Under the pieces are notes generated by a model, which was not told where the DNA came from, searched no databases, and saw only the letters and a list, made by a program, of their open reading frames with translations. A stretch of 63,965 nt of DNA, counting the filler, from Octopus bimaculoides (lineage: Eukaryota), in NCBI RefSeq assembly GCF_001194135.2. It is 5 parts of 5 records of this genome, joined end to end, with 100 filler letters (N's around TTAATTAATTAA, not from the genome) between each part and the next. Parts side by side here need not be neighbours in the genome. Positions count along the whole stretch, not along the records: positions 62,773 to 63,965 come from NW_026304377.1; 4 more parts are not named here. One strand, written 5' to 3'. Made by a program: the position numbers and the translations under genes. Shown here piece after piece: positions 62,824 through 63,965 of the stretch. How positions within the stretch are numbered: position 1 is the stretch's first letter; every line of letters starts with the position of its first letter.

Positions 62824-63922
62824 TTGTGGGCCACCTCCAATGACACGCAAATAGTGAGCGGTGTTCCGCAAGGCACTGTTTTTGGACCACTACTGTTCAT
62901 AATGGCCCTCTCAGACATGCCCTCAGCCACACAGAGAGCCAAGGTCACAAGTTATGCAGATGATACAAAAGTCTCACAGGTAATACAGAACCCTGAAGAC
63001 ACTATGCACCTGCAATGTGAGCTGGATGAAATATACAAGTGGACTGAAATGTTTCAAGCCTTGTGTTATCAGCATGCAAAACTAAATGCAGTACCCATTA
63101 AATACACTGGACCTAGAGGGACTGCAATTCCAGAAGTGGAGACAGTGCGAGACCTGGGCATTTACATGAGTAATAATGCATCCTTTCATGTTCATGTTGC
63201 TAAATTGTCAATGAAATGCAGGCGACTGACTGGATGGATTCTTAGGACTTTTAGAACAAGAGATCAGAAAACCATGATGGTGCTCTGGGGGACACTTGTT
63301 CTAAGCCACTTTGACTATTGCTCTCAGCTACGGTCACTTATCAGTGTCAAATTAATCTCAGAACTTGAGGCAATCTAATGAAGCTACATGAAGAAGATGG
63401 CCTCTATGCAGCATATAAGCTATTGGGAAAGACTCAAGTGATTAAGACTATTCCTTAGAGCGTAGACGAGAAAGATATGCCATAATATACATCTGGAAGA
63501 TCCTCGAAGGAATTGTCCCAAACTTTGGCATCGAAAGTTACAAAAATAAAAGAACTGGATGCCATTGCATAGTGCCAAGGACTCCAAATTTGCCATCAAG
63601 ATGTAGGACAAGATACTGCAATAGCCTGGGCTTCAGAGGTCCACAGCTTTTCAATATCCTCCAGAAGGAACTGAGAGACCTGCATGTGGTGGATGTAGGT
63701 GTCTTCAAGATGAGGCTGGACCTCTTCCTGTCGGGTGTCCCAGATGAACCAACTTCACGGCAGGAGGTGCAGATGAGAGCAGCTGCATCAAACACTCTCA
63801 TGCACCAAATGTCAATTCGTGAAGTAAAATTCATGAAGTAAAATTGTGTAGTAACACCAAATGGCGGTGCCCCAGCATGCTCACAGATCATGAGCTGAAA
63901 CTAGATAAAATGAAAAAATGAA
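62824..63922 (+). mobile_element. CR1/L2-group LINE, 5'-truncated RT to 3' UTR (decayed)
   Basis: SGVPQGTVFGPLLF, SYADDTK, RDLGI, GWILRTF, SHFDYCS, RGPQLFNIL..LDLFLSGVPDEP; internal stops and frameshifts; 3' UTR followed by an A-rich/(AT)n tail. Confidence 0.9.
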
Positions 63923-63961
<39 letters not shown>

Positions 63962-63965
63962 TGTA

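Overview
This is AT-rich, microsatellite-dense eukaryotic scaffold DNA with many N gaps. It is almost certainly from an Octopus-type cephalopod, inferred from tRNA-derived SINE families resembling the octopus OR/OK SINEs (names from memory) and very dense (TA)n/(CA)n/(TACA)n repeats. There is no intact, identifiable protein-coding gene, rRNA, tRNA or CRISPR array. Most long ORFs in the track are microsatellite or N-gap artefacts. The window reads as intergenic or intronic DNA containing more than 25 SINE copies or fragments, decayed LINEs (two CR1/L2-group, one Tx1/L1-group, one RTE-like 3' end with three C2H2 fingers), mariner, Tc1 and hAT fossils, Tigger-like and mariner-like MITEs, a Helitron 3' end and a degenerate ~46-bp minisatellite. 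Best leads: (1) several minimal type-I hammerhead-ribozyme-like motifs with palindromic stem III, from different sequence families; the one at 42911-42950(-) has a complete core; (2) a 29-bp inverted repeat whose inner ends coincide with a GT..AG intron-like spacer (143-287), so splicing would create a ~58-nt hairpin with an A:C mismatch; (3) a 3' tail shared between the SINEs and the CR1-group LINE. TTAATTAATTAA islands inside N runs are assembly linkers. Repeat boundaries are approximate.
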